A model generated the notes under the pieces. It was not told where the DNA came from, did not search any database, and saw only the letters and a list, made by a program, of their open reading frames with translations. Positions 12,816-27,488 of a DNA stretch of 64,000 nucleotides are shown piece by piece; positions within the stretch are counted from its first letter, which is position 1; each line of letters opens with the position of its first letter. This stretch comes from Chiloscyllium plagiosum (Eukaryota): assembly GCF_004010195.1 (NCBI RefSeq), contig NC_057751.1, positions 12,416,908 to 12,480,907 on the forward strand, read 5' to 3'. Both the position numbers and the translations under genes were made by a program.

Positions 12816-14090
12816 ACAGTTTATCTTTACCAGTCCTGTGTATTCCTGTATTGGATCTTGTTCATCACCAGACTTATCAATTTTTTTTGGAATATTGGCT
12901 ACTGTTCAGGTTTTAATGGAGAAATATTTTGCTTGATTCTTTAACAGTCTGAAAAGCTGACTCTTAGAAATATTTACATATTGTCAGAATTGCATGTCGT
13001 TGTTCAGGTTTGCCATGGTTGGTGCTTTAGATAATTTCACAACTTTTTTTTTAACTGACTTTGTTGGACATGTTAAGTTTTTGGGTGCTCCCTAGACGTT
13101 TGTATGTAGGCTTGTCACCTGTGAATAAATGAACTCTTGGAGGTTATATGACTTTTCCTTATACTTTAGCCATTGTTAGCTAATGTATCCAGCCTTGTGA
13201 TGCACTGCCTTTGTCTGCCAGATGTAAAGCAAAAAGACTCATTACCCCATTGAATGAAGCTTGATTGACAGCCAAACACCATTTTCCACCATTTTTAGGT
13301 GTTTTCAAATTTGCGATTGAGAAATCAAAGAAAATGATTTTAAAATGTCATTTTTAATATCCTGGTCCTTTTCATTCTGGTGATAGAGCTTCAATTCCTG
13401 GCAGCCTCCAGGCTAGTCATGTAGGGGTGGCAACCATATTTACAAGGTAGATGCCAAATGTGCTATGGCAGTGACCGTACAGAAAGGGAAGGCTGAAGTC
13501 AGCAATGAAATCAGTGAAAGTGCTGTAAAGTGTTTAAGCATATGAAACATGACATAGAGCGGAATTAACCAGCATTATGCAGTTCTGATTCCACAGCCAT
13601 GTGTGCTTATTGATGAAAAATGATTGGAATCAACTTGATCCTTTCCAAATTAAATCTCTTAAGTGTTAGAGAGTAAAATGCACTTTGGATCCAGATTAAA
13701 ACAAAGCCAAGGTCATCATTAGATGGGGCTAACAAGTAACAAATTAAATTTGGTTTTCATCAGTAAAATATGGCAATAATATATCAACAAAGATTGCCAA
13801 TGCTCAGCATTCTTGGAATTGGGACAACCTGTGAGTATCGTGTGATGGGTTGCTGAAATATTTTCAGTTTGAAACAATGGTGTACATGTTTTTCATGCCT
13901 TCCATGTTGTAAAACACTTCACAGCACAGTTATTAAACAAGATTTCACACTGAGCCAAGTGAGGAGATATTAGGACAAATGGCCCAAAAGCTTGGTCAAC
14001 AAGTTATCTTTGAACAAGTGAATTAAAATATAAGAGAGAAGGGAGTGGCAAAGAGATTTCGGGAGGATTGCCATAGCTTCAGTCAAGAGA

Positions 14091-14380
14091 TAGATTAGAT
14101 TACTTACAGTGTGGAAACAGGCCCTTCAGCCTAACAAGTCCACACCAACCCTCCGAAGAACAACCCACCCAGACCCATTCCCCTACATTTACCCCTTCAC
14201 CTAACACTACGGGCAATTTAGCATGGCCAATTCACCTAACCTGCACATCTTTAGACTGTTGGAGGAAACCCACTAAGACACGGGGAGAACGTGCAAACTC
14301 CACACTGACGGTTGCCCAAGGCGGGATTTGAACCTGGGTCTCTGGTGCTGTGAGGCAGCAGTGCTAGCCACCGTGCCACC
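14091..14380 (-). mobile_element. HE1-like SINE (within a decayed L2-like tail)
   Basis: tagattagattacttacagtgtggaaacaggccc ... gctagccaccgtgccacc. Confidence 0.9.
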
Positions 14381-17019
14381 TGGGGATAGTGAAGGGCATC
14401 ATCACCAATGGCTGGATGAATTATTTACAGAACCTCAGTAAAGGTTGACACCTCTACCTTTGACAGGCACCCTGCTCTCAACTCAAAACTCGAACTTGGT
14501 AATGCAATCCAAGATCACAATGGGCCCATAGTTGGTATAGTTTTCCTGAAATGAAAATGTTTAAACTGATGGACTGTCTCCATATTACCGTGATTGTGGA
14601 ACAGTTGCCAAATGTTCTCTCAAAAGAACAAGGAGTTTTGTCCGTATCCTGACATCATTTATCCATCACCCAGCACCATCTCAATGCTTTGTTGATCTGC
14701 TTTCCTTTCTACGAGGCCAGATGGTGAACTAACTGGCCCCATTTGCCCATGAAGCAATAACCACTGCACCGAAAGTAATTAATGGTTATGGTATGCTCTT
14801 TCTGATATTTTAAGCATATGAAACATGTCAGAAAAATGAGAGTTAGTTCTTTCTTAATTGGCACTGTTGTTTTTGTTCATTTTGGTCTACTCTTTCCTCA
14901 CCGACCGACTACAGTTTCAGTGCAGACATTGTATTCTAGTGGCTATCAATTATCAGAGTAGACTAATTAAGTGGTGCCATTACCACAGCATATTTTGCAA
15001 AAATGTGCTCCTAGGGGGAAACCTGCTCACTGGGAGTTCATAACTGGATTAATTTTAATGGAAAGAAAATCACAGAGTGGGTATCTTGTGCATGCTTTTG
15101 CAGTATAGACTTCAGACTTGGAGAACCAAGGCTCCCCAACTGAAGCATAATTTTCGAAAACCAGCCTTTTAGACTTCAAGTCTAAAAAAAAATAACATCT
15201 CTTACAATCAATAAGTCTCACAATTCTTTATAGGAACTGGCATATTAACTTCCCAGTGTTGTTGACATAGGAGGCACTACAATCACACCAGTAAAAATAT
15301 TTTTCAGCCATGATCCTGAAAGTAACAGTAACTAGTTTGACATTCATTTAAAATACATATCATTTTGCGGAGCCATGCAGCCAAAGAATTGGAGAAGGTG
15401 CAAGAGAAATATTATTCAGTTTGTACGAGGGATACAGACTTCAAATTACCTGGCAAAGCCATAACTAGGAACATTTTGCTTCAAGCAGACAAGGTTACGG
15501 AACGATAATAGACATTTTCAAGATCATGAAAGGAGGATGCTTTTGATGCCACCATGGCAGATATGTCAATAATCCAAAAAACAAGATGTAAATGTTTGGG
15601 CAGAAAAGCAAGAGATGAAATGACGTGACGTATGTTTCCTGAGCAACTTGAATTAAACGGGATGTACCACGTGCAAGGACAGAGAAGAAAAGGATAATTC
15701 ATGATGAATTGGCATCAGACAGTAGAGATCTCTTTGCTGGTTAGCCGATGCTGGAGGAACAGCAGAGAGTAAACTGTTTTGTCCTCTTCATGCATCTCTA
15801 AGGAATATGATGTCTAAGTCATTCATCATTATATTTATGGTATGGAATCTCATTGCCCTGTGTATCAATGGTAGATTTAATGATACAAGTAGCCTCTACT
15901 TTCACAGCAGAATCACTGTTGTATTCTACATAGGAGGCATTAAATAGCAGTCAGGCAATGTCCTGAAATCATGCACCGCTACTGAACATGCAGTTTTTCT
16001 GGATTATCAAATTTGCTGTTTATTCAGTGAAATAGTTTCTGTAAGCTTTGCAAAGTGAACACACGTTCATAGCACTGGGTGTGAAGCATTTTGGTCCAAC
16101 TAATGCCAATAAAGGTACTTTATCAATCCTGTGTAAATTTGACTAATTGTACATTGTAACTGCAAGCTACTTAAGCTAAAATTGTTTTTTCTCAAGTGAC
16201 CAACTCCTGTTTCAGTTACTTCTGCAGACAATCAAATTGTTGGTACTTGTGCATCACTTTTAATATACTCCATGCAGAAGAATAAAAAGGGGATTATTTG
16301 TAATTACTATGAATTCTCATTCACTTTAAACACTTGCTCTTCTGTCTACTTCTGTGGATTTTGCATGCAATTTAATTGTGAAGTAATTAGTACTTATGGT
16401 GTCTTTGGACTTGAAAGAGTTACTGAGCACAGAAACAGAAAGAATTGAATTAATCTGGAAAGAACTATAATCACTGAGCTTCAGCTTCATTGCGGTCTCG
16501 ATGGTGCCTTGCAGAGTAGACTTTCAGCGAACAAGGCACTACTAAGCATTTGCTATTGAAAGAAAAAAATGTTCAAATTGACAGAATGGAGAATTAAAAT
16601 AAAATATAGACTGCTTAGAAAAAGAAAAATCCATGTTCCTGATTAGTTTCATAGCACACAGACTGTAATCATCTCTCATGCTGTGGCTTCATTTGAAAAT
16701 GTCTTATAGGTGCTTTTTGTTTACTTGGGATGGGCATGAGTGCTCACAGGAAATCACTATGCTTCATGAAGTATTCCAGTGTTCCACTGTCCCAAGTTTA
16801 CACATAGAAATTCATCATATTGAGAAATACACTTGTTGATTGATCATATATTTGAAAATATGTCTTTTACCTGAAACAATTGGTGTCTATATGTATGTAA
16901 AAAAACACAGCATCATCGATATTCTTGTTAGAATCAATCACTGCTGCCTGCTCTATGTTAACCATGGAAAATTGTTACATGATCAGCACATTAGAGAAAT
17001 AGCCAGACTGAGTACAGCT

Positions 17020-17225
17020 AGGAGAAAATGAGGACTGCAAATGCTGGAGATCAAAGTTGAGAGTGTGGTGCTGGAAAAGCACAGCAGGTCAGGCAGCATC
17101 ATCGGGGGAGAATTGATATTTAAGGCATAAACCCTTGCACCAGGAGGGCTTATTCCCGAAACGTCAATTCTCCTACTCCTCAGATGCTGCCTGACCTGCT
17201 GTGCTTTTCCAGCGACACACTCTCG
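17020..17225 (-). mobile_element. Palindromic Penelope-derived mini-element with 15 bp TSD
   Basis: TSD agactgagtacagct at 17005-17019 and 17226-17240; internal inverted arms gctggaaaagcacagcaggtcaggcagcatc / gatgctgcctgacctgctgtgcttttccagc. Confidence 0.88.
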
Positions 17226-17559
17226 AGACTGAGTACAGCTGCCTGCCAGCATGTGAGTTGCTCATTCCATGTGTCTTGGCTCCATCATCATGAAAACACC
17301 TTCAACCCCAAACACTTCGCCATCCTGTGATCATGAATTTGACCTCATGCTCTCTGCTCTTATTTCACTCCCCATCCTGACTCAAAAGCAAACTTATCCT
17401 CACTGTTCGGTCTGTACTCATGGGAAATACGCTGGTGTACTTTATGGTTTCTGCATTGCGTACAATTTTTTTCTCACCATTCAGACTAACATTGGATCAC
17501 CCTCATTCTTGTGATTGCCCACAAGTTCATTGAGTTTAGAAACTCAAGTGTTTTCAAAG

Positions 17560-18135
17560 ACAATTTTAGTTTCAGCACCTAACTTTAGAAATTATGCAGC
17601 ATGTAATGGACAGACCACATCTGAAGTTCTGGATACAGGTTTGGTCTCCTTAGGGAGGGAAAGTTATATCGGCATTAGAATTAGTTCAGAAAAGGTACAC
17701 TCACGTCAATATTGGGATGGGGTTTTAATTCTGAGGAGCGATTGAATCAGTTGAGTCTGTATCCTGTAGAGTTCAGAAGAATGGGAGGTGATCTTATTGA
17801 TCCATATAAGATCCAAAGGGGAGTTGACAAAGTAGTTGTCTAGAGGATGTGTTCCCTTGTGGGAAGAGCCTGTAGCTTGGGAATTAAAGAGTCTCGCATT
17901 TAAGATGGAGATGAAGAGATCTTTTTTCTCTTGGAGGGTACTTTATCTGAAAAACTGCCTTTTGCTGACGGCAAAATGAATGTTTTTTAGCCTAAGATAG
18001 ATATATTTTTGATTGACAAGGTTGTCAAATTCTTCAGGAGGTAGACAGTAAAGTAGAGCTCAGGGCACAATCAGATCAATCTTACCAAAGAGCATAGCAG
18101 GCTCAAGTGGCCAAATAGCTGCTCCTGTACCTCAT
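17560..18135 (+). mobile_element. Old CR1 LINE 3' portion
   Basis: gagttcagaagaatgggaggtgatcttattga, taagatggagatgaagag, tail gcaggctcaagtggccaaatagctgctcctgt. Confidence 0.75.
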
Positions 18136-18661
18136 AAATAAATGCAAAATTTAGATGTTTGTTGATTGATTGATTACAACTTAGGAACACATTTTGGATG
18201 CAATTCAACAGTTCGTTCGGTCAAAACCACGGATGATGCAAAATAGCAAGAGTGTGAAGTCTATCAGACCACAGTTTCATCACCTGTGAAGACGTTGGAA
18301 ACATCAAAATCTTTGAAAACCAAACTTTTTGATCCTGTAGCATTTTCTTCAGTGTAATTCCAGATATATGTCCTCAATACAAGAACTTTGAAATTTGTCT
18401 GTAAAATACATGGAGTCCAAACTTCAGAGCAGCTCAAATTCATTCTGAACCTTCAGGTACATAACTTTTCAGTTTATTCTGTTGTATTGGTGCATGGTGC
18501 AGATGGTTATGATTTTTTTCACTTATTGGAAAAATACAGCTGATTGGGAATGTATCACAAGATCACGACATGCACACGTTAATTCTGAACCTGGTTTTCA
18601 TGCTCCAAGAAGTCACTTGAATCCCATTACTCACAATGGAATGTCAGCAATATGGATGTCA

Positions 18662-19400
18662 ATCATAGAGAGAAAGAGATTTACAGCACAGGACAGACAC
18701 TTCAGTCCAACCTGTACATACCAACCAGATATCCCACTCCAATCTAGTCCCATTTGCTCGCATTTACACATCCTGATGCCTTTTAAATGTTACAATTGTT
18801 CCAGCATCCACCATTTCCTCTGGTAGCTCATTCCATACACACACCACCCTTTGAGTAAAAAGGTTGCCCCTGAGGTCCCCTTGGTGGAGCAGGCTCGAAG
18901 GGCCAGATGGCCTACTCCTGTTCCTAGTTCTTATGTTCTTATGACCCTTTTAAATTTTTCCCCTCTCACCCTAAACATATGCTGTCTAGTTCTGGACTCC
19001 CCCACCACGGGGAAAAGACCTTGTTTATTTACCCTATCCAAGCTTCATCCTCTCCCTATCGCTGAAACCCTCCAACCCTGGCAACCTGCTTGTAAATATT
19101 TTCTGAATCCTTCAAGTTTTGCAACAAGTTTTTTTTATAGCAGGAAGACCAGAATTGCATGCAATATTCCAAAAGTCCTGTACAGCTGCAACATGACTGC
19201 CCAACCCCTATACTCAATGCACTGATCAATAAAGGCAAGAATACCAAGCACCTTCTTCACTATCCTATCGACCTGTGACTCCACTTTCAAAGAATTATGA
19301 ACCTGCACTCCAAAGTCTCTTTGTTCAGCAACACTCCCCAGGATCTTACCAGTAAGTGTGTGAGTCCTGCCCTGACTTGCCTTTTCAAAATGCAGCACCT
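18662..19400 (-). mobile_element. CR1 LINE 3' portion containing a ~60 bp sense-strand CR1 tail (about 18881-18942)
   Basis: LGSVAEQRDFGVQVHNSLKVESQVDRIVKK; the inserted tail is gagcaggctcgaagggccagatggcctactcctgttcctagttcttatgttcttatg. Confidence 0.88.
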
Positions 19401-21251
19401 TGCATCCTTTGGCTTCAAATTATCTCAAACTTTACTTCTTCCAATGCTCTCAACTGTATATATTCTGACAAGTTACTAACATCATTGATATTTCACAGAT
19501 ATATAAAGAAAAGATCATCAAGCCATATTTCACTTCTGTCACCTCTGTATCTCACTATGATATTCGCATGTGTAGGTCTGGATATCAGAGACAACTCCTT
19601 GTATCAACTGGCCAGTTAACTTTCTAAAGAATGCCACTGTTCCGGACTCACCAAGGTCTTCAACTGATGTGCAAGGAAATAGTCCACATCATCAACAACT
19701 GTCATTTGGTTCATGCTTTTAATGAAGTGAAGTGCCCCAAGGACACAGACATAACCTCATAGAAACTGACAGGAAGCCAATGAATAGTTGACCAAATGCT
19801 TGGTCAAAAGAAATAGGACTAAGGGAGGGTCTGAGTGAAAGAAAAACAGAGCGCAAAGGATAGGAATAAGGGGCCATTACATTTTGTTTCCACACATCTG
19901 TTTTAGTGCATACTTTATATCACCTCTGCTCATGCAAACATGTAGATTTTGTGGAAACATTTGCAAGGCATAAACCAAAAACTTCTGGACCCTCTGTCTG
20001 CATCCACTTATATTTCTTGTGCATTGGCTTCTTTATTTTATAATTAAACTCAGCTGTGCACCTCAATGTAAATTGTCCAAGTTGCTTGAAAGTTTCATCT
20101 GTGGAGGAAGTATTTGTGTTTAAATTATGACTTCCAAAAATGAATGGAAAAACATTGAGGAATTATTTAGCAGGGCATCTTCATAAAAAATAGTTGGCAA
20201 AAATTTTTATTTACAAGCAGCATACTTGACATACTTTAAGACTTGTCAGGTGAACTTGTGCTATGAACCATGAATCATATCTCTTCCACAACCACAAAGA
20301 ACAACTATTTTGCTGCATAGTTTGAAATCTATGTCTGTACGGTGTAAATTAGCTGTAATTTCTTGCATCCAAGTGTTGCTTTTTGAAATCCAGAAATAAT
20401 CACTGATTGTAAACAATACCCTTTTCTGTTGTTTGCTATTTTTATTTAGAAGAAATCAATGATCTCTGGTTTTAATTTTTTTCACCTGGTTATGCTGTTT
20501 TGGATCATATTGAATGCTGAATCTGCTGAATAAAACCAGCTATTATTACAATTTTGACATTTTAGAATTTTAGCAAAACACCAAGCCATGTTATAAGGAT
20601 TGAAGTGATTAGCATTGTGGATTCTCCTCAAATGCACTAATCAAACCACAAAGTCCGGTGAGCAAAGCTCTGTCATGTACGTAAGTCTGACTCCAAAGCA
20701 AAACTACACCAAACTACCATAAGAAGTCATGTGGGGAGAGTCATCACAGTTTCTGAATCACATAGGCAAGTAAGCACTACTATACTGAATGCTGCATTGC
20801 AGATCAATTTTGTTATCAGAATGAATTGGCCTATATGTTAACTTAAGGAGTACAGGCTTTTGCTGCTCATTCCCCCAATTCTTTTCCTTCTCACACTTCC
20901 TTCAAGCACGTACCCTTGTTGGGCTCAAGTCCCACAATCACTAAAGCCTGGCAAGAACTTCCTCCAGTGATTTTACTATGGTGTGATACCAGAAGTAGCA
21001 AATGTTGACAAGCTATTGTTGGAACCAGATGGAACTTATTTCATCCTCAGACAATTTCCAGCAGTCATCCCTGTGTGGCATACTGGAGATAGAAAGCGCC
21101 CCGTCTGATATTTTCTCTTCCTAATCCCAAAAGCACATTCATGGTGCTACTAGTATGTGGATCAAATAAAGATAGTGCATTAAAGATGAATTCTGGTATA
21201 TTTGTTAATGTCTACACTGACTAAAATCTTTTTCCATGCTAGGCAAATAGA

Positions 21252-21545
21252 TCATAGAATCCCAACAGTGTGGAAACAGGCCATTTGGCCCAACAAGTCC
21301 ACAGCGACCCTCCAAAGACTAACCTACACAGCCCCATTCCACAATGGATGCGCTTAACCTACACATCCCTGAACACGATGGACAATTGAGCATGGCCATT
21401 TCACCTAACTTGCACATCTTTGGAAACCCACAAAGACACAGGAAGAACATGCAAGCTCCACACAGACAGTCACCCAAGGCTGGAATCAAACCCAGGCCCC
21501 TGGTGCTATCAGGCAGCAGTGCTAACCACTGAGCCACCATGCTAC
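21252..21545 (-). mobile_element. HE1-like SINE
   Basis: catagaatccc..cagtgtggaaacaggcc ... gcagcagtgctaaccactgagccacc. Confidence 0.88.
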
Positions 21546-22944
21546 CTCTATCTTGTATGTCAGCAACTGATTTGTAAGCTGGTCCTACTGACTCCAGTAT
21601 TATCCCTAAATTTTGAGGTTATTGAAAATTGTATCTCTTCTAAGCTGGCACTGAAAAATTCCAAATCTTTAGTCCCAAAACCACAGGAAAATTGTATTTC
21701 AGAAATAATTTTATTCTGAGTTGGCAATATACAGGAAAATAGTTAATGAGAAGCTGGAGTGCAAAAATGCCCTGTCTAATCCGCTCAGTAAATTAGCAGA
21801 TTTTTTTTTAGTGCAATCATTTAACAGTTGGCATAGAACAGTTTGAGTTCATTGCACAACCGGTCCTGTGTGAAAATAAACCAGAACCTCTCTCCTTCCC
21901 ACTTTGTGACACGAAGCCAAATGGAAATATTTGGAAGTATTAATGGGAACACAATTTAGGACTTCATTAAGTGGCAGTGCTTCAGCTGGCATGCTTAAGA
22001 GCTACACAACATTCACTGTACAGAAAAAGGCCATTTACTATATGGCAATTTTTTTAATGCTGCACAGGAGACCTGTCCCAATATTAATTCACCTCACCCT
22101 AACAGCTTATCCTCCTAATTCTTCTAGCCAATATACCTAGCTTCCTTTTCCATGCCAGTCATTTTAAACTCTCCATGTGGTTATGAACTTCATACCCTCA
22201 CCATTATAATTAAAGATGTTAAATCCAAATTGAAAAAACTTGTACATGTCTCAAAGCAATTGATTTGGATGACTGATGAATGTTTTTCCATTACGGTCTA
22301 AAAGGTTATCTGAATCAACAATATATTGATGCCCCAGACCCATATGTTGCTCAACATAATTGTGCTTGGATATACCAAAGGCTTTTTCTGGCTTTTATCT
22401 TGATGATATTAAATATTTTATTACTTCTTCCATCTGAGAGTGAACTCAGTTGCAGGAAGGAGACTAATACTCTCTCAGATCAATGACCTAACATTTTTGA
22501 TATTCCTTAAATATATTTTAAATATTCAGCTTGCTCACAAACTTACCTCATCAAATTAGACTGCTCTTAAAGATGCTTGGATACTGACTGTTTGAATTTT
22601 AAAGTACAATTCTCCTCCAGTAATTCTTAAATAGGTGGGTGGCCCAGGAAGTTTTGCCAGGATATTTACTGATTAGGATTTTATTACATGGAACACATAC
22701 ACAACATATTTAAATTTTTATGTGAATAGCAGAACAGGAATACTGCGCCACACACACTGAGTAACCTGGAATACTGCTTTGCACTTTTTGTGTTGGGTAT
22801 TTAATTTCTTTGCCACCAAATACTTACTTGGGCATTAATGAAATAGGTACATTAAGAATAGCCAAAACAAGGTGTCTTACAACTTGAGCTAAGAGGGAAA
22901 CACCTCATCATAAACCAGAAGATCATGCCAGATCCACGTCAGGG

Positions 22945-23280
22945 AAGTTCAGTGTTGGGTCATGCTGAGGGAGTGATGCATTGAGTCTTATTCCCAATAA
23001 CTATAACATTAAAACAAGCCCTGGCCCATATGAAGGTAGATCAACATGACAGCACTATTTGAAGTGGGGCAGGAAGAATTCTTCTGGTGTCTTGTCTCAT
23101 TTGCTTCAACCAAATAAATGGAATCAGAAATTGATAATTCATCTAATTTGTCCTTTTTGGGACCTCGACATGAGAATATCGGTTGTTGCATTGACCTACA
23201 CTGCAGCAATGACTTAACATCCAATAGTGCTTAGGGATTTCCCAATGATGTGAAAATTACCAGATAAGTGCAAGTTTTTT
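22945..23280 (+). mobile_element. Decayed Deu-domain SINE (SacSINE1/AmnSINE-like)
   Basis: gctgagggagtgatgcattg ... gcactatttgaag..gggcaggaagaattcttctggtgtc. Confidence 0.5.
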
Positions 23281-23666
23281 TTCATTTCATTCATTGTCTT
23301 AAAACTATTACTTTATAAAAACTTCTATTTACTAAATGTGAATTGCTTTCAATAATTGAACAAGGTATTTACCTGCAAGTCTTGATTAAAATCTATGTAT
23401 ATGAATGTACTATGTTCTAGCTGGGGCACCAACTCTGAAAAACGTACCTTCTTCAAATATATTATTTTCCTCTAGACTTACACTAATTTCATCAAAAGAT
23501 TAGAAGTAGTTTTTGAACCTTCATTTACAAAGATGTAAATGTGGAGATTGAACATCAGGGAACACAAACTTCCTCCAGCAGAAAATGGAAATACAAACAC
23601 GGATTGTTTCATTAACTTATTGAGCAGACTGCAGCAATTTGTCGGTCTCCACCCATCAATTTTAGT

Positions 23667-23800
23667 TTCATAGAATTCCTACAATGAAGAAAGTGGCTAT
23701 TTAGCCCATCAAATTCCTCACAGACAGTCCCCTAAGGTTGGACATGAAGCTGGGTCTGTGGCACTGTGAGGCAGCAGTGCTAAACACTAAGGCACCATGC
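23667..23800 (-). mobile_element. Internally deleted HE1-like SINE
   Basis: catagaattcctaca ... cacagacagtc ... gcactgtgaggcagcagtgcta. Confidence 0.75.
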
Positions 23801-25412
23801 CATTTCAGTAGATAGCACTTGAGGGTTTGTGAGTGGGATCTTTGCAGCAGTTTGATGAGGTGGTAGCCAGGCAGGCAACCTTTTTGGAAACATTTGTCAG
23901 TTGTCCCCTTGAATGAAGGATGGAGACTGAGACAACAGCTCACGTGAACAAAACTTGATCTCCCCTCCATTGCTGCAAATTGATTGGCCTCCAATCTGAT
24001 TTCTTGGCAACATTGGGAATATTGTGTTTCACACTTGCACAAGTCTACCTCATCATATTTATTTAGAGGTGAATACTGTACTTTGATCCTGCCCCAAGAT
24101 TTACCCTTTCAAGGCACATCTGCAACCCTCTCTTCTCACAAGTTCTCTCCTGTCCTGGAGCAGTGAATTGAGATAGTAAAGTTGACTCCTCCCAGATCGC
24201 AACCTGAGTTTGAAGAGCTGTACAAGAGTAGTTTGGAAGTAGTTGGTCTCTCAAACTTTCTTTCGCTCCAAGAAATGTCAGATTCCCCACTCTGTGGCTC
24301 TAAACACTGACACTATGATGAAGAACAATGTGGCAGATTATGGAGAGGAGCTGAACCAACAGCACCATCATTTCACCTTATCTCCTAGTTTTTGGAATTA
24401 TAGCTGATGAACAAGTAAGTAGCTTACTGAAAACCATCTTACTCAGCATATGAAATCATTGTTCAGGGAAAAGAGTATCATTACATTTTAAGAAAATAGA
24501 CGAAATGGCAGAATTACGCAATTTCTGGAGCCTGTTGTGATAGTGTCCAATGAGTCATGACATGCTTAATATATAGCAATGAATTATAATTGCTACAAGT
24601 GTGTGATAGGAGTGAAGCAATGTTTGGTCAATGTGGCTTTGACTTTGTAACAATGTCAAATTCTCAAGTAGGAGAAACATAACAGTACAGTTCTTCAATT
24701 CTTAAGAAAATTGATTGGAAAATAGCTCAAAGAAAATCACTGTACATCCAAAGGAGGCATTTTTGTTCAAATTGCAAAATGATTCTCTTCCAGAAATGGG
24801 GTGCTTGCAACAAAGTGATAGATGATTTGAATTTAGTGTCTTGTAAACAGTTTTAAATTCCATTTTGTTTTTCCATCTGTAAGATGCACTGTAAAAGTAT
24901 TTCATGGTGAACTAAGAACGAGATAGAAAACAGATTTTGGTAGAGCAAAACAATGTACAGGCTTCAAAATGTACAAATAAACACAGCTGTACAGTTAACA
25001 ATTGATGTGCACCACTTTCATTTCTAAATTTTATTTCTGCTTCATGTCAATTCATATTACAGTGTATTTCTTCTCAGAAACAAACATCTCAGTTCGAATC
25101 CCACTCCAGGGCCTGATTGTTTAACAGATTAATATCTGTATGTTGAATGATGCAGCAAAATACTTACAGAGATTTATGGGGTTTATGATGAATCTACAAG
25201 TTAGCACAATGCCAGTTTCCACCTTTACCTTTTGCAGCTTTTCCTTGTCCAGAAACAAAATCCCACACTGGCGAAGAACCAGCTTCAAATTTAATTTTAA
25301 AACTTCTACTCACCACCAACTAATTATCAACTTGGATTTCCAGAGCAGTGTGACAAGAACAAAACGTTAAGAAGACAGTGTGCAAGAGAGGGGTATTAAT
25401 CAAAATGGGTTT

Positions 25413-26365
25413 TCATAGAATCCCTCCTGTGCGGAAGCAGGCCTTTCAGCCCATACCAACCCTCCAAAGAGCAGCACTTACCCCATCCCTGTAACCCTGT
25501 ACTTCCCATGGCTAATCCACCTAGCCTGCACATCCCAGACTCTGGACAATTTAGCATAGCCACTCCACCTGACCTGCACATCTTTCGTATGTGGGAGGAA
25601 ACTGGAGCACACCCATGCAGACACAGGGAGAATATGCAAACACCACACAGACAGTTGCTTGAGGGTGGAATCAAACCGAGATCTCTGGCGCTGTGAAGTA
25701 TGTGATGATGCTCCTCCTTTAACAAGATTATGCTGTCCTTGGCTTTTCTTTCAGAAAGGTCATAAAAGCAATGATTCCAAAAAGTCTAGGGTTGAAGGGA
25801 TTTAGGGCCAATTTGATAATAGTAACAAGTTTTATAAGAAAACACTAAAACAGTGAAAGGGGAGTGGCCATTTCTCCCAGCTCAGCTTTTCTCTGGTTTG
25901 GTTTGTACACTGAAAGCAGTAAGTTCAGTTTGAGGCTGCTGATCCAAGGAATAGCGACAGGGAAGAGGGTGTTCCATGCTGCCATCTCTCTCTCTCTCTA
26001 TCTCTCTCTCCTGTAAGACCCTGTGCTTGATTTTACTTTTTGTGCCAAGGGGTGTTTATGGGGATTGTTGCAAGTATTTGGAACAGCGTCATTAAGTTGA
26101 GATGATCTGCTGGGTTTTTGGACAGGTTAAGTTATTTGGTATTCTGTTCTCTTTTGCTTGTGTTTCTTTCGGTAATCTTGTAAATAAATTCTGTTTTGTT
26201 TAAAACTAAGTGGTTTAACCAACTTCATTTCTCCTGGAATATCCACTTTACAACTGCTGAAAACAATGAGCAAGGTTAGAGTCTGGGCTACTTTCTTCAA
26301 GTGTTTTGAGGGGGTCTGGCATGGTCCAAAACAGGCAGCACTGCTAACCACTGAACCATGGTGCC
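25413..26365 (-). mobile_element. HE1-like SINE split by a solo LTR
   Basis: The SINE motif ctggcgctgtga|ggcagcactgctaaccactga is broken at 25700/26334. Confidence 0.85.
25701..26333 (+). mobile_element. Solo LTR (Gypsy-like)
   Basis: TGTGATGATGCT...ggggtctggcatggtccaaaACA; internal aataaa; homologous to the LTRs at 31336 and 33357; decayed 4 bp TSD agta/ggca. Confidence 0.85.
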
Positions 26366-26518
26366 AGTTGGGGGAAATAATATACATCCTCTGTCAAGGT
26401 GCCCAAATAATTTAGCCCTCAATATTTCTAATCAAGCCATTTAGACATGTTAGGATACATCTCTGGACTTGAAACGAGACCTTCTGGTCCAGAGGTAAGG
26501 ACATGAGCAGTTGCGCCA

Positions 26519-27488
26519 CTCACAAACTTGGTTGAGTTTTTTGAGGAAGTAACAAAGAGGATTGATGAGGGCATAGCGGTAGATGTGATCTATATGGACT
26601 TCAGTAAGGCGTTCGACAAGGTTCCCCATGGGAGACTGGTAAGCAAGGTTAGATCTCATGGAATAAACGGAGAACTAGCCATTTGGCTACAGAACTGGCT
26701 CAAAAGTAGAAGGCAGAGGGTGGTGGTGGAGGGTTGGTTTTCAGACTGGAGGCCTGTGACCAGTAGAGTGCCACAAGGATCGGTGCTGGGTCCTCTACTT
26801 TTTGTCATTTACATAAATGATTTGGATGCAAGCATAAGAGGTACAGTTAGTAAGTTTGCAAATTACACCAAAATTGGAGGTGTAGTGGACAGTAAAGAAG
26901 GTTACCTCACATTACAACAGAATCTTGACTAGATGTACCAATGGGCCGAGAAGTGGCAGATGGAGTTTAATTCAGATAAATGCAAGGTGCTGCATTTTGG
27001 GAAAGCAAACCTTACCAGGACTTATACACTTAATGGTAAGGTCCTAAGGAGTGTTGCTGAACAAAGAGACCTTGGAGTGCAGGTAGATAGGATAGCAAAG
27101 AAGGTGTAGGGGTGACCTTATAGAGGTTTACAAAATTATGAGGGGCATGGGGGGATAAATAGACAAAGTCTTTTCCCTGGGGTGTGGAAATCCAGAACTG
27201 GAGGGCATAGGTTTAGGGTGAGAGGGGAAAGATATAAAAGGGACCTAAGGGGCAACTTTTTCACACAGAGGGTGGTACGTGTATGGAATGAGCTGCCAGA
27301 GGAAGTGGTGGAGGCTGGTACAATTGCAAAATTTAAGAGACATTTGGATGGATATATGAATAGGAAGGGTTTGGAGGGATATGGGCCAGGTACTAGCAGG
27401 TGGGACTAGATTGCGCTGGGATATCTGGTCGGCATGGACGGGTTGGACCAAAGGGTCTGTTTCCATGATGTACATCTCTATGACTCTA
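26519..27488 (+). mobile_element. Young CR1 LINE, 5'-truncated, internal deletion near 27.1 kb
   Basis: DFSKAFDKVPH..VPQGSVLGPLLFVIYINDLD..KFANYTK; 3' tail catctctatgactcta. Confidence 0.95.
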
